Below are positions 20,193 to 28,540 of a stretch of 64,000 nt of DNA, piece after piece (the stretch's first letter is position 1; every line of letters starts with the position of its first letter). The notes beneath the pieces were generated by a model. The model did not search any database, was not told where the DNA came from, and saw only the letters and a list, made by a program, of their open reading frames with translations. The stretch is from Candidatus Nomurabacteria bacterium. GTDB taxonomy: Bacteria > Patescibacteriota > Minisyncoccia > Phycocordibacterales > UBA918. The translations under genes were made by a program, and so were the position numbers. The stretch lies in NCBI GenBank assembly GCA_020632135.1, contig JACKGC010000002.1, positions 3,325 through 67,324 of the forward strand. The letters run 5' to 3'.

Positions 20193-21062
20193 TCAACTGA
20201 ATTCTTTTGTGTGCCAGAGTTGGTTGGTGGCGGGGGTGAAGCGCGCGACGCTAAAGCTTTCGGTCTTGGCGAGCTGTTGGAGTTCGGCTTCAGAGAGCAT
20301 GAGCGCGGTGGTGGCAAAAGCATCAGCGTCGCGCGCTGAGTCGGCTTTAATAAATGACGCTACTCGCGGCGCTGTGTCATTGGTCACGATGTGCGTGTAC
20401 GTTTGCTCGTGGCTCTGCCAAATGCGCTTAAACGGGCTGGAAGCAGCAAAGCCTTGATTGAGGAGGGTGGTGCGATGAATAAAATGTCGTGCTTTAGTCG
20501 GGTGCTCGAGGTAGATCTCGATCGGCTCCTCTTGCTCGCTTGTGGCGTACATATCGCCGCCGCCGTTGATAAGAAAGTACTTAAGCGCAAATTCTGTCTG
20601 CAGAATTCGCGCAAGTTCGTCGATCAAGTATCCTTTCCCAAAGCCACCAATGTCGACATTGCCATGAAGCAGTTCGATCTTTTCTTCAGAGATGAGGAGG
20701 TCAGTAATTGGGTTCCCAGGGGTTTCGTTTTCTGGTTCGCGAGATTCGAATGAGTACGTAGCGTCGTAGCCGCGCGCTTCGAGGATGTGGCCAGTGAGAA
20801 GGTTGAAGTGGGTGTTAGTGCGCAAATACAGCCCTTTGCCGTACTGCAGAAGCGCGCGGCAAGCGTCATCGGGCTGGTGTAGTGCACGCTCACGATTAAG
20901 AGTTGAGATGAGTGAGTCAGGTAAAAAACGTGAGTACTTTGCTTCGTATTCACGCGTAAAACCCTCGAGGCGGCCGAAGGCCGCCTCGAGGGTTGCTGTC
21001 GAAGCTTTATCAAAAATGGTGATCCACCATTTGGTACCAAGTGCTTCGAATTCAGTTTGCAT
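20193..21062 (-). CDS. apbE: FAD:protein FMN transferase (ApbE family)
   Basis: ApbE-like sequence (MQTEFEALGTKWWITIF..., GGFGKGYLIDE, INGGGDMY). The start is trimmed to ATG 21062 because the longer ORF overlaps the upstream gene. Confidence 0.85.
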   Translation of the reverse strand: MQTEFEALGTKWWITIFDKASTATLEAAFGRLEGFTREYEAKYSRFLPDSLISTLNRERALHQPDDACRALLQYGKGLYLRTNTHFNLLTGHILEARGYDATYSFESREPENETPGNPITDLLISEEKIELLHGNVDIGGFGKGYLIDELARILQTEFALKYFLINGGGDMYATSEQEEPIEIYLEHPTKARHFIHRTTLLNQGFAASSPFKRIWQSHEQTYTHIVTNDTAPRVASFIKADSARDADAFATTALMLSEAELQQLAKTESFSVARFTPATNQLWHTKEFS

Positions 21063-21069
21063 GTAGCTA

Positions 21070-21543
21070 CTAGGCGCTTTCCGCGAGAATGTTTTCAATG
21101 GCTCGGTTGAATGCACCGGTGGTAAGTGAAGCACCGCCAACTCGTGAGAGATCAAGCTCATCGATCTGCTTGCCAATGATCGCTTCCTTGTATGCTCCTT
21201 CAAAACGTTGCGCATTAGGATCTACTTCAGCACCTTGACTGTACACAATATTGGCATCGGTGATCACTCCATTATTTGTGGTGAGAGTGACGTTGAGTAG
21301 GTACTCATTATTCGCCGGAGTCAGGTAGGTCACCGAAGTGGTGTGTGCTCCGTCGGGAATTGTTGAAGCGCTAACCACCTCTGTGTTCACTTCGGTATCG
21401 CCCGCAACGAGAATGTCCGTTGAGGCTTCTGGAGAGTTGGTCTCTTCCTGGGCCATGGTCGGCTCTGGTGCGTCTTCCGACTTCATGAGTGCAAAGCCAA
21501 CTGCAACAAGGACCACAACAATAATGCCAATAATGTATGCCAT
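21070..21543 (-). CDS. Membrane-anchored FMN-binding-domain protein (probable ApbE substrate)
   Basis: N-terminal TM helix. C-terminal VGGASLTTGAFNRAIENI resembles the FMN_bind flavinylation region ([ST]GA[ST]-like). Confidence 0.75.
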   Translation of the reverse strand: MAYIIGIIVVVLVAVGFALMKSEDAPEPTMAQEETNSPEASTDILVAGDTEVNTEVVSASTIPDGAHTTSVTYLTPANNEYLLNVTLTTNNGVITDANIVYSQGAEVDPNAQRFEGAYKEAIIGKQIDELDLSRVGGASLTTGAFNRAIENILAESA

Positions 21544-21620
21544 ACAGCTAGATTACTTTATTTTTTAAACTTAATGTTCTCATGATAATATACCTGGCTT
21601 GTATTGCAAGCGGTGGGTGG

Positions 21621-22304
21621 TTATACCGCAGCTTGAGCTTCAATGGTGTCGAGGGCTTTGTTGAATGCTTTTGTGGTGAGTGATGCGCCGCCAATGCGCG
21701 AAGTCTGTATTCCATCCAGGGCTTCTCCCACGACGTAACTCGCGTATGCTTTATCGAAGCGTCGAGTATACGAATCCTTCGCTGTTCGTGAATCATATGT
21801 CACATTGACTGCGGTGATCATGTCGTCTGTGATGGTCACGGATACACCCATGGTGTAGTTGTGGCTTGGGACTCGGTAGTCGACAGAGGTGGTGTAGGTA
21901 CCGTTTGCAAAAGTATTCGCTGGTACTGTCGGTGCCGGAGTAGGTGTGGGAGTAGGGGATGGGGCTGGAGTTGGCTCTGGGGAAGAAGATGGTGTTTGTT
22001 CAGGGGTCGGGTTTTGTACTGATGTGCGGATCGGAGTATTGGAAACTGACAGTTCGTTTTCAATCACCATTGGTTCAGGTGTTGTCACTGGTTCTGTGTC
22101 TGTTTCAATCATCACGAGCTCCGCCTCCTGGTGTGGCGTAGTGCTTGGGTGTGCTTCGCTTAATTCAGTACTGACGACATCTTTCAGTTCCGTCAGGGTC
22201 GGGCTGGCGGAAGTAAGGCGCTGGTCTTTGGTGTTGCTAGGTTCATACAAAGTGAAACCGACGGCAACCACAACGAGAGTAAGAACGGCAATGATATACG
22301 GCAT
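21621..22304 (-). CDS. Membrane-anchored FMN-binding-domain protein with a Pro/Thr-rich linker (paralog)
   Basis: TM helix, PEPTPAPSPTPTPTPAPT linker, C-terminal IGGASLTTKAFNKALDTI. Start at ATG 22304 (22358 is an alternative). Confidence 0.7.
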   Translation of the reverse strand: MPYIIAVLTLVVVAVGFTLYEPSNTKDQRLTSASPTLTELKDVVSTELSEAHPSTTPHQEAELVMIETDTEPVTTPEPMVIENELSVSNTPIRTSVQNPTPEQTPSSSPEPTPAPSPTPTPTPAPTVPANTFANGTYTTSVDYRVPSHNYTMGVSVTITDDMITAVNVTYDSRTAKDSYTRRFDKAYASYVVGEALDGIQTSRIGGASLTTKAFNKALDTIEAQAAV

Positions 22305-22398
22305 ACAAGTGAAATTATTTAGAGCAATGTAACGTAACATATTGGATGTAATGGTCAATTCTCATAGGGTATATGGGGTGATACACTACATACGTTAC

Positions 22399-23931
22399 AT
22401 GGTGCATTTACTTTCAAAACCATTTCATTCACTACAACAATTCGTTGACCGCATCGGTATGTACCGATTAGTACTTGGGTCTCTGTTTGTACTGGCGTTC
22501 TGTTCCGTTCTGGCTGGCTTTACTGGTGACCTTGCATACAGTGGCCTTAGTCAGATCTTTGCGCTCGCGCTCGCGCTCTTGGTAGCGCTGTCGCTCAACT
22601 GGGTCATCGCGCTTATTACCAAAATACCGGCCAATCACGAGTCGGCCGCCATCACAGCGTTGATCTTATTTTTCTTAACCATTCCAGAGGAGAATATTTT
22701 TGCAAACTGGCCCTTGGTGCTGGCTGTTGTGATTGCTATCCTCTCTAAATTTCTCATCACTACCAGGAGGCAACATTTCCTCAACCCGGCTGCGTTTGGT
22801 GCAGCCGCGCTGAGCCTCACAGGGGTGTACATTTTTAATTGGTGGGTGGGAAACCCGACATTGTTCATTCCGCTGATTATCTTCGGCACACTGGTGGTCA
22901 TGAAAGTCCGTAAGTGGGTACCGGTTCTGGCATTTCTGGGAGTTAGTTTGATTGTGTATCTGGCTGAGTCGTTCAGTAATGATGTCTTCCTACATGAGGC
23001 GACCCAAACATTCTTTCTGTCTGGGCCAGCGCTCTTCCTGGCATTCTATATGCTGACTGAACCTTTCACCATGCCCGCCATGAAAGGACCGCAGTTCCTG
23101 TATGGAGGGTTGGTCGGGTTTCTTTCCAGCACCTCGATGTTTTCTGCTTGGCTCTACATCTCACCAGAACTTGCGCTGGTTATGGCGAACATGCTTATGC
23201 TCCCGTGGCGCCTGCGACAAAAACTGTTTCTTGAGTTTATGGAAAAGCGTCAGATCGCGCAGGATACCTGGGAATTCATTTTCAAGAAACCAAAGGGATT
23301 TTCGTTTCAGGCTGGTCAATACTTAGAATGGATGCTGCCGCACGAAGCGGTGGACAGCCGGGGCCCGCGGCGGTATTTCACTATCGCCTCGGCACCGACA
23401 GAAAATACGGTCCGTTTGGCATTCAAGTTGGTTGAGCAAGGGAGTTCATACAAGCGAGAGCTCATGAAACTTGATGTTGGAGAGAAGATCATTGCCAGTC
23501 AGTTAGCCGGCGACTTTGTGTTGCCGTCAGATTCCGGAGTCAAACTTGGCTTCATCGCTGGCGGCATCGGGGTGACGCCGTTCCGGAGTCATATCCAGTT
23601 CATGGCGGACAGTGGACAAGTGCATGATACGAAGCTTTTATACTGTTGCAATACGATGGCGGAGCTGGCCTATAACAATGAGTTCGCCGCTGCCGCGACT
23701 GCGTTTCCTCTCGAGGTGATTCCGGTCATTGCCAAGGAGGAAGTGGCAGCGCCGCTGGAGCGCGGGTATGTGACAGTCGATATGCTCACGCGGCGGGTAC
23801 CCGACTATCTCGAGCGTGTTTGGTATCTTTCAGGTCCACCACCAATGGTCAATGCGTACACGAAATTGCTCCATGATGCAGGGGTGCCGAGCGCCCACAT
23901 CATCTGCGATTTCTTCCCTGGTTTGGCATAA
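22399..23931 (+). CDS. Fusion protein: RnfD/NqrB-like polytopic membrane domain plus an FNR-like FAD/NAD(P)H-binding reductase domain
   Basis: The N-terminal half is hydrophobic, with the RnfD-like segments PANHESAAITALILFF and FLNPAAFGAAAL. The C-terminal half has RRYFTIAS (RxY[ST] FAD motif) and GGIGVTPF (NAD(P)H motif). Confidence 0.75.
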   Translation: MVHLLSKPFHSLQQFVDRIGMYRLVLGSLFVLAFCSVLAGFTGDLAYSGLSQIFALALALLVALSLNWVIALITKIPANHESAAITALILFFLTIPEENIFANWPLVLAVVIAILSKFLITTRRQHFLNPAAFGAAALSLTGVYIFNWWVGNPTLFIPLIIFGTLVVMKVRKWVPVLAFLGVSLIVYLAESFSNDVFLHEATQTFFLSGPALFLAFYMLTEPFTMPAMKGPQFLYGGLVGFLSSTSMFSAWLYISPELALVMANMLMLPWRLRQKLFLEFMEKRQIAQDTWEFIFKKPKGFSFQAGQYLEWMLPHEAVDSRGPRRYFTIASAPTENTVRLAFKLVEQGSSYKRELMKLDVGEKIIASQLAGDFVLPSDSGVKLGFIAGGIGVTPFRSHIQFMADSGQVHDTKLLYCCNTMAELAYNNEFAAAATAFPLEVIPVIAKEEVAAPLERGYVTVDMLTRRVPDYLERVWYLSGPPPMVNAYTKLLHDAGVPSAHIICDFFPGLA

Positions 23932-23985
23932 GAGTTGTGCGTAGCCACACGAAACCCGACCACACTTACTGATACAATAGAATTG

Positions 23986-26982
23986 ATGAAACGAACGAAC
24001 GCGTTGGTCGCGATAGCATTTTTATTTGGGAGTCTCACTTCGCCGTTGGTGGCATTAGCAGCAGATGGTCAGGGTTTTTGGTGCTCACTTTTTGGCTGGG
24101 CAGTGCGTCCGTTTGGTTGGTGTGAGATCACTGAAGTGGTTGAGGTGGTGATAGACAAGAACACGCAAGTGGCGGCAGTGATCGGCCATCAGCCATTTGT
24201 GAGTGGTGTGTCAACCAACTCAGATGATGCTCAATTGATTGCATTTGCCAGTACATCGCAGCCAATTACGTACGAGACCGTAACCAATGAATACATCACT
24301 ATCGAGCAGACTGGCGTGACCCCTGAAATGTTAGACCGGCGTACCACTGAGCTGCTCATGTACATCAATTCGCTGTCACATGGCCAGGCGACCGTGGTGG
24401 CAACTACCAGCGAAGGATTATCTACCCGTGAGTACGTACTGAAGTCGGTCGATCGGGTGTATGAAGTGACTAGTGATGCGCGCCGGGACATTCTTGTGCA
24501 GGCGGAATTCACCAGCCCAACATTGTCTGACGCAGTCTTAAGCGGCACCACGTACGCATCGGGCTGGTTCGGGGTTGGCACCAGCTCACCCTCTGATGTG
24601 TTGTCGGTCAGTGGCGCGATCTATTTAGGCTCAGCGGCACCAAGCAACATTACTAACCGCCTCTATAATGTGAGCGGGGATCTCTATTGGAATGGTTCTA
24701 TCCTCTCTGGATCCAGCACTGCTAATTGGTCAGCGGTCGCGGGTGATGTATTTCGTCTCACGGGCAATGTGGGGATCGGCACAAGTACGCCAGGAGATAC
24801 GCTCACCATTGCCGGCACGCTATCGGCTGGAACCACTACCGCGCGCATCGTCGACACGGGTGGTGAGGTGTGTAATGTTGAAGCGTATGGTGCGGTGGGT
24901 GATAATGCAACGCTCAACGACGCCGCGATCGCGGCCGCGATCGCGGCGTGTGGTGATGGCGGTACAGTTTATTTCCCTATGGGTCAGTACCGCATTGCCA
25001 ATCCAATTGTGCTGGATCGACCAATTACCTTGCGTGGTGCATACTCACCGCGCTGGTCATATTCCAGCACACCACGCAGTTCTATTCGAGCCGACTTCGG
25101 TTCATTTTCTGGCGCAGCACTCATCCATGTACGGGATCGAACTATCTCTGGTGAGGTTGATCACAATAATGGTGGTCGCATAGAGTACTTGAGCCTAGAC
25201 GGCGGTTCGGCCAGTACCGACGTCGATGGTATTTACTTTGAGGGTCTAGTGCGCGACTGGAAGCTCACCGATGTCGACATTTCGCAGGTGACGGGCAATG
25301 GCTTTGAGGCCGCGGTGGGTGCCGGTAGTGGCAACCCACGAGGTTTTACCATTCGTGGCCTCTCGATCTACAGTTCCGATGGGCACGGCTTTAGAGCCAC
25401 CGCACTGAATGATTCCTACGTGGAAGACCTCTTGTCAGTCGGCAATGCGTTGCGCGGGATCTACCTGTCCTCAATTGGTGAGACTAAGTTCAACAACTCG
25501 CGTGCGGTGTTTAACGGCCTTACCGGTCTCTATATTGATGGGTCGTCAGCCAATGGTGGGTTGATGTTCACTGATTTTTCCACCGACCGCAACGACCGGC
25601 ACGGCGTTCGCATTTCGCTCACTGGTACGACCACCGTCACTTTTAATGGACTCTTAACACGTCGTGATGGTGCCAACACAAGCGCTGGTACGGAAACTCC
25701 GTACGCGGGCCTGGCTGTCATTGGTACGTCAAGCGCACAAGTAGCTCCGGTGTTTGTGAATGGTCTGACGCAGATCGTGGGGGTTGATGATGCGGGTGCA
25801 CCGCCACTAGCACCGCTTGTGGGAGTGCGGGTGACCAACGCTTCATATGTGAAAGTGGACGGGCAGCTGTGGGGTGTGACGGCACCATATCAGGATGATG
25901 GTGGTAATGGCCACTTTATTATCGCGGAGGATTCTATTCTCAAGACGGGGATAGTTGGTATTACCGAAGCGGTGCCAACGTTGTTTCATGACAAATTCAT
26001 TGCTACCACCTCGGGACTGTATTACGACGGTCGAGTCAGTATTGGCAGTACGACCGGTAGTCGGTTGTTTAACATCACTGCACCGGCGCAGGCTGGCGCA
26101 CGGTTCCATGACACGACCAATGATGTTATTTTCGATATGCGAGCTGAAGACTACCAAGGTTTCTTTGGTACGTTCTCCAACCATCAGCTACGTTTTCAGA
26201 CCAACAACCTCTCTCGTCTGACGATTGATACTGATGGTGATATTGGAATTGGTACTACTAGTCCAGACAGTGAGCTGGATGTTATTGGTACGATCCAGTC
26301 GTCAGACCTCTTGGGTGGTGCGACGACGCTCACGACAGACGCCAATGGAAATATTATCCGGAATCCTTCAGACAGACGGCTCAAGACAAATATTACTGAC
26401 ATCGGTGGAGCGCTCGAGATGACACTCGCCCTGCGCGGTGTGCGCTATCAGTGGCTTGATGAAGAGCGATTTGGCGAGCAGATGGAGATCGGTTTTATTG
26501 CGCAGGAGGTAGATAAGGTTGTTCCGGAAGCGGTCCGTAAAGGGGGTGACTATTGGTCGCTCAATACCCAGAATCTCATTGCGGTGGTGGTCGAAGGGAT
26601 GAAGGAAATGTGGCAGACGGTGACCGGCAACCAAGCGAAGATCGCAGAGCTTGAGGAGCGGTTGGCAGAAGTAGAGGCGGAACTTGGGCTGGAGCAGCCG
26701 GTGGTGGAGCTAGAGCTACCGAGTGGCACTGAAATAGAAACGATGTCACCCTCAAGTGAGGTGGCGACTACAACCATATCGAGTACGGAAGAACTGGTTG
26801 CGCCAGCAGCAACCACGACCGAGTCGGCAGCTGGTTTGGAGCCAGTAGTTAGTGAGCCAGAATTAGAAGCAGGGTCGCTTGATGCTGCTGTAGTGCCGAC
26901 CGCGGAACCAACTCCGGCGGAACCAGTGGTAGGGGAGGACGAAGCCGAGGAAGACACGGCGGTAATTGATCCGAGTGAGTAA
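23986..26982 (+). CDS. Large surface protein: tail-fibre-like repeats, right-handed beta-helix (pectate-lyase/tailspike-like) and a C-terminal S74 intramolecular chaperone domain
   Basis: N-terminal TM/signal. GVGTSSPSDVLSVSG, GIGTSTPGDTLTIAG and IGIGTTSPDSELDVIG tail-fibre motifs. VEAYGAVGDNATLNDAAIAAAIAACGDGGTVYFPMGQYRI (from ~24871). SDRRLKTNI...GFIAQEV...NLIAVVVEGMKE (26368-26690), followed by an acidic tail. Confidence 0.8.
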   Translation: MKRTNALVAIAFLFGSLTSPLVALAADGQGFWCSLFGWAVRPFGWCEITEVVEVVIDKNTQVAAVIGHQPFVSGVSTNSDDAQLIAFASTSQPITYETVTNEYITIEQTGVTPEMLDRRTTELLMYINSLSHGQATVVATTSEGLSTREYVLKSVDRVYEVTSDARRDILVQAEFTSPTLSDAVLSGTTYASGWFGVGTSSPSDVLSVSGAIYLGSAAPSNITNRLYNVSGDLYWNGSILSGSSTANWSAVAGDVFRLTGNVGIGTSTPGDTLTIAGTLSAGTTTARIVDTGGEVCNVEAYGAVGDNATLNDAAIAAAIAACGDGGTVYFPMGQYRIANPIVLDRPITLRGAYSPRWSYSSTPRSSIRADFGSFSGAALIHVRDRTISGEVDHNNGGRIEYLSLDGGSASTDVDGIYFEGLVRDWKLTDVDISQVTGNGFEAAVGAGSGNPRGFTIRGLSIYSSDGHGFRATALNDSYVEDLLSVGNALRGIYLSSIGETKFNNSRAVFNGLTGLYIDGSSANGGLMFTDFSTDRNDRHGVRISLTGTTTVTFNGLLTRRDGANTSAGTETPYAGLAVIGTSSAQVAPVFVNGLTQIVGVDDAGAPPLAPLVGVRVTNASYVKVDGQLWGVTAPYQDDGGNGHFIIAEDSILKTGIVGITEAVPTLFHDKFIATTSGLYYDGRVSIGSTTGSRLFNITAPAQAGARFHDTTNDVIFDMRAEDYQGFFGTFSNHQLRFQTNNLSRLTIDTDGDIGIGTTSPDSELDVIGTIQSSDLLGGATTLTTDANGNIIRNPSDRRLKTNITDIGGALEMTLALRGVRYQWLDEERFGEQMEIGFIAQEVDKVVPEAVRKGGDYWSLNTQNLIAVVVEGMKEMWQTVTGNQAKIAELEERLAEVEAELGLEQPVVELELPSGTEIETMSPSSEVATTTISSTEELVAPAATTTESAAGLEPVVSEPELEAGSLDAAVVPTAEPTPAEPVVGEDEAEEDTAVIDPSE

Positions 26983-27024
26983 ATTTACAAAACACACATT
27001 TTGTGTTATGGTATGAAACAGGTA

Positions 27025-27045
27025 GGCCGGCGCTTCGCGCCGGCC
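27025..27045 (+). terminator. Rho-independent terminator
   Basis: GGCCGGCGC-ttc-GCGCCGGCC then GATTCTTTC. Confidence 0.6.
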
Positions 27046-27083
27046 GATTCTTTCATTGCTCTTTGAAAAGAGGAGGATAACAC

Positions 27084-28532
27084 ATGGTAACCGCAAGAAT
27101 GTGGTACGCCTTGCTTGTGGCTGCAATGCTGCATGTCGGGGTCGCACAATCAGCTGTAACACAAGCGTGTTTGGCGAAGGACGCGGAGTGGGATGCAGCC
27201 ATGCATACTGCTCGTATGCGGGAGCTCGGCATTACTTGTGCCACGGTCTACTACAGCCTAATGTCCAAAGATAATCGCAAACATCCCTATGAGTGGGTGC
27301 GCAAGCACTACCTCGACGCTGGGTATCGGGTTGTGTTGGTACTAAAGCTTGATGCCGGTAACAGCACTACCGAATCGCGTTCAGTAGGAAATTTACAGGC
27401 AGTGGTAGGAGGGTACTATGACACCGCACTTGATGAGCTAATTGCGAGGATCAAACGAGATGGTCGGCCGATCGTAGTGCGTCCATTTCATGAGATCGAT
27501 GGGGATTGGCATCCATGGGGTATGTATACCTCAGGTAACTCACCACAGCTTGCTGTGGCAGCAGTGGAACATATTGCAGCGCGCTTTCGTGATGCGAATG
27601 CTCCGGTGATGATCGAGATCAACTTCAACCGGCGTGATGGCAAAGGTAAGGTGCTTGGTGACGCCGAGTACTACATACCGCGCTTCAACGAGTTTGTTGA
27701 TGCCTATTCGATCTCTACCTACAACCGCTGCGGGACCGCGAAGCGGTACACGACCGAACAATCGTTCGCGACAGAATTTAAACCTGCCTACGATCGACTG
27801 CTCGGACTCACTACTAAGCCAATCAATGTCGCTGAGACATCGACTTCAGGGTTGTGTGGTGCTCGTCTACCGTGGTTCCGTGAACTGTTTCGAACTATCG
27901 ACTCATCATTTACTCAGGTGGAGTCCGTGACGTTCGTATTTGGTACGGTGCCAGTCGGTGCAGTGTCAAACGACCGCCCTATTCAATGGGGTTTTTCATC
28001 GACTGCTGAACGAGCGCAATTCAAAGCGTTCTTGCAGCAGTCATGGCCGCAGCTACCGCTCGTACCAAGTAAGGGTAGGGAAACCAGACCCTCGCTTGAC
28101 TTTCGGGCGCCCTGGAGTGCGTTCGCTCAACTCACGTATCCCTTTGAGGAAACGTCTAATCCAGCTCTAAACCCGGTCACGGGTACTGAGTTCGGCAAGC
28201 AAGAGCTCGTCTTGCGTTCGCAGTTCAAACAGCGGTTGCTGTTTGACGCTGGGAACGACTTCGAGGTCGGGCCTGGCGTATACGTGGGGTTGGTCGAGTC
28301 GACCAACGATGATCAGTGGTGGAATAACCATGGCACCTTAGGTGCCACACTCGGGCTCTACCGGGAGGTTGAACGCTCAGGTGCGGTCGATTGGGGTGGT
28401 TGGTCGGTGGAGCTGTATGTCGAACGACGACAGTTCACCACCGACGCACCATCTCGCTACCGTGGCGACGGAGAAACCCAAGCTGGCATACGTGCTGGTC
28501 TCAACATCGGCGGCGATTGGACTCGCCACTAG
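27084..28532 (+). CDS. Secreted GH26-like glycoside hydrolase domain protein with a beta-strand-rich C-terminal region
   Basis: Signal peptide MVTARMWYALLVAAMLHVGVAQSA. VVRPFHEIDGDWHPWG resembles the GH26 RPxHEMNGxWFWWG motif. AGGAGG RBS. Confidence 0.55.
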   Translation: MVTARMWYALLVAAMLHVGVAQSAVTQACLAKDAEWDAAMHTARMRELGITCATVYYSLMSKDNRKHPYEWVRKHYLDAGYRVVLVLKLDAGNSTTESRSVGNLQAVVGGYYDTALDELIARIKRDGRPIVVRPFHEIDGDWHPWGMYTSGNSPQLAVAAVEHIAARFRDANAPVMIEINFNRRDGKGKVLGDAEYYIPRFNEFVDAYSISTYNRCGTAKRYTTEQSFATEFKPAYDRLLGLTTKPINVAETSTSGLCGARLPWFRELFRTIDSSFTQVESVTFVFGTVPVGAVSNDRPIQWGFSSTAERAQFKAFLQQSWPQLPLVPSKGRETRPSLDFRAPWSAFAQLTYPFEETSNPALNPVTGTEFGKQELVLRSQFKQRLLFDAGNDFEVGPGVYVGLVESTNDDQWWNNHGTLGATLGLYREVERSGAVDWGGWSVELYVERRQFTTDAPSRYRGDGETQAGIRAGLNIGGDWTRH

Positions 28533-28540
28533 GAGGTCTT

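Noticed and set aside
20193-21215. Long forms of several ORF-track entries: ApbE 340 aa, GT2 from 28391, hpf from 58541, priA from 62566, and 496..1098
   Set aside because: The N-terminal extensions overlap the upstream genes and have atypical composition. Internal ATGs restore canonical N-termini or RBS spacing, so trimmed starts are reported.
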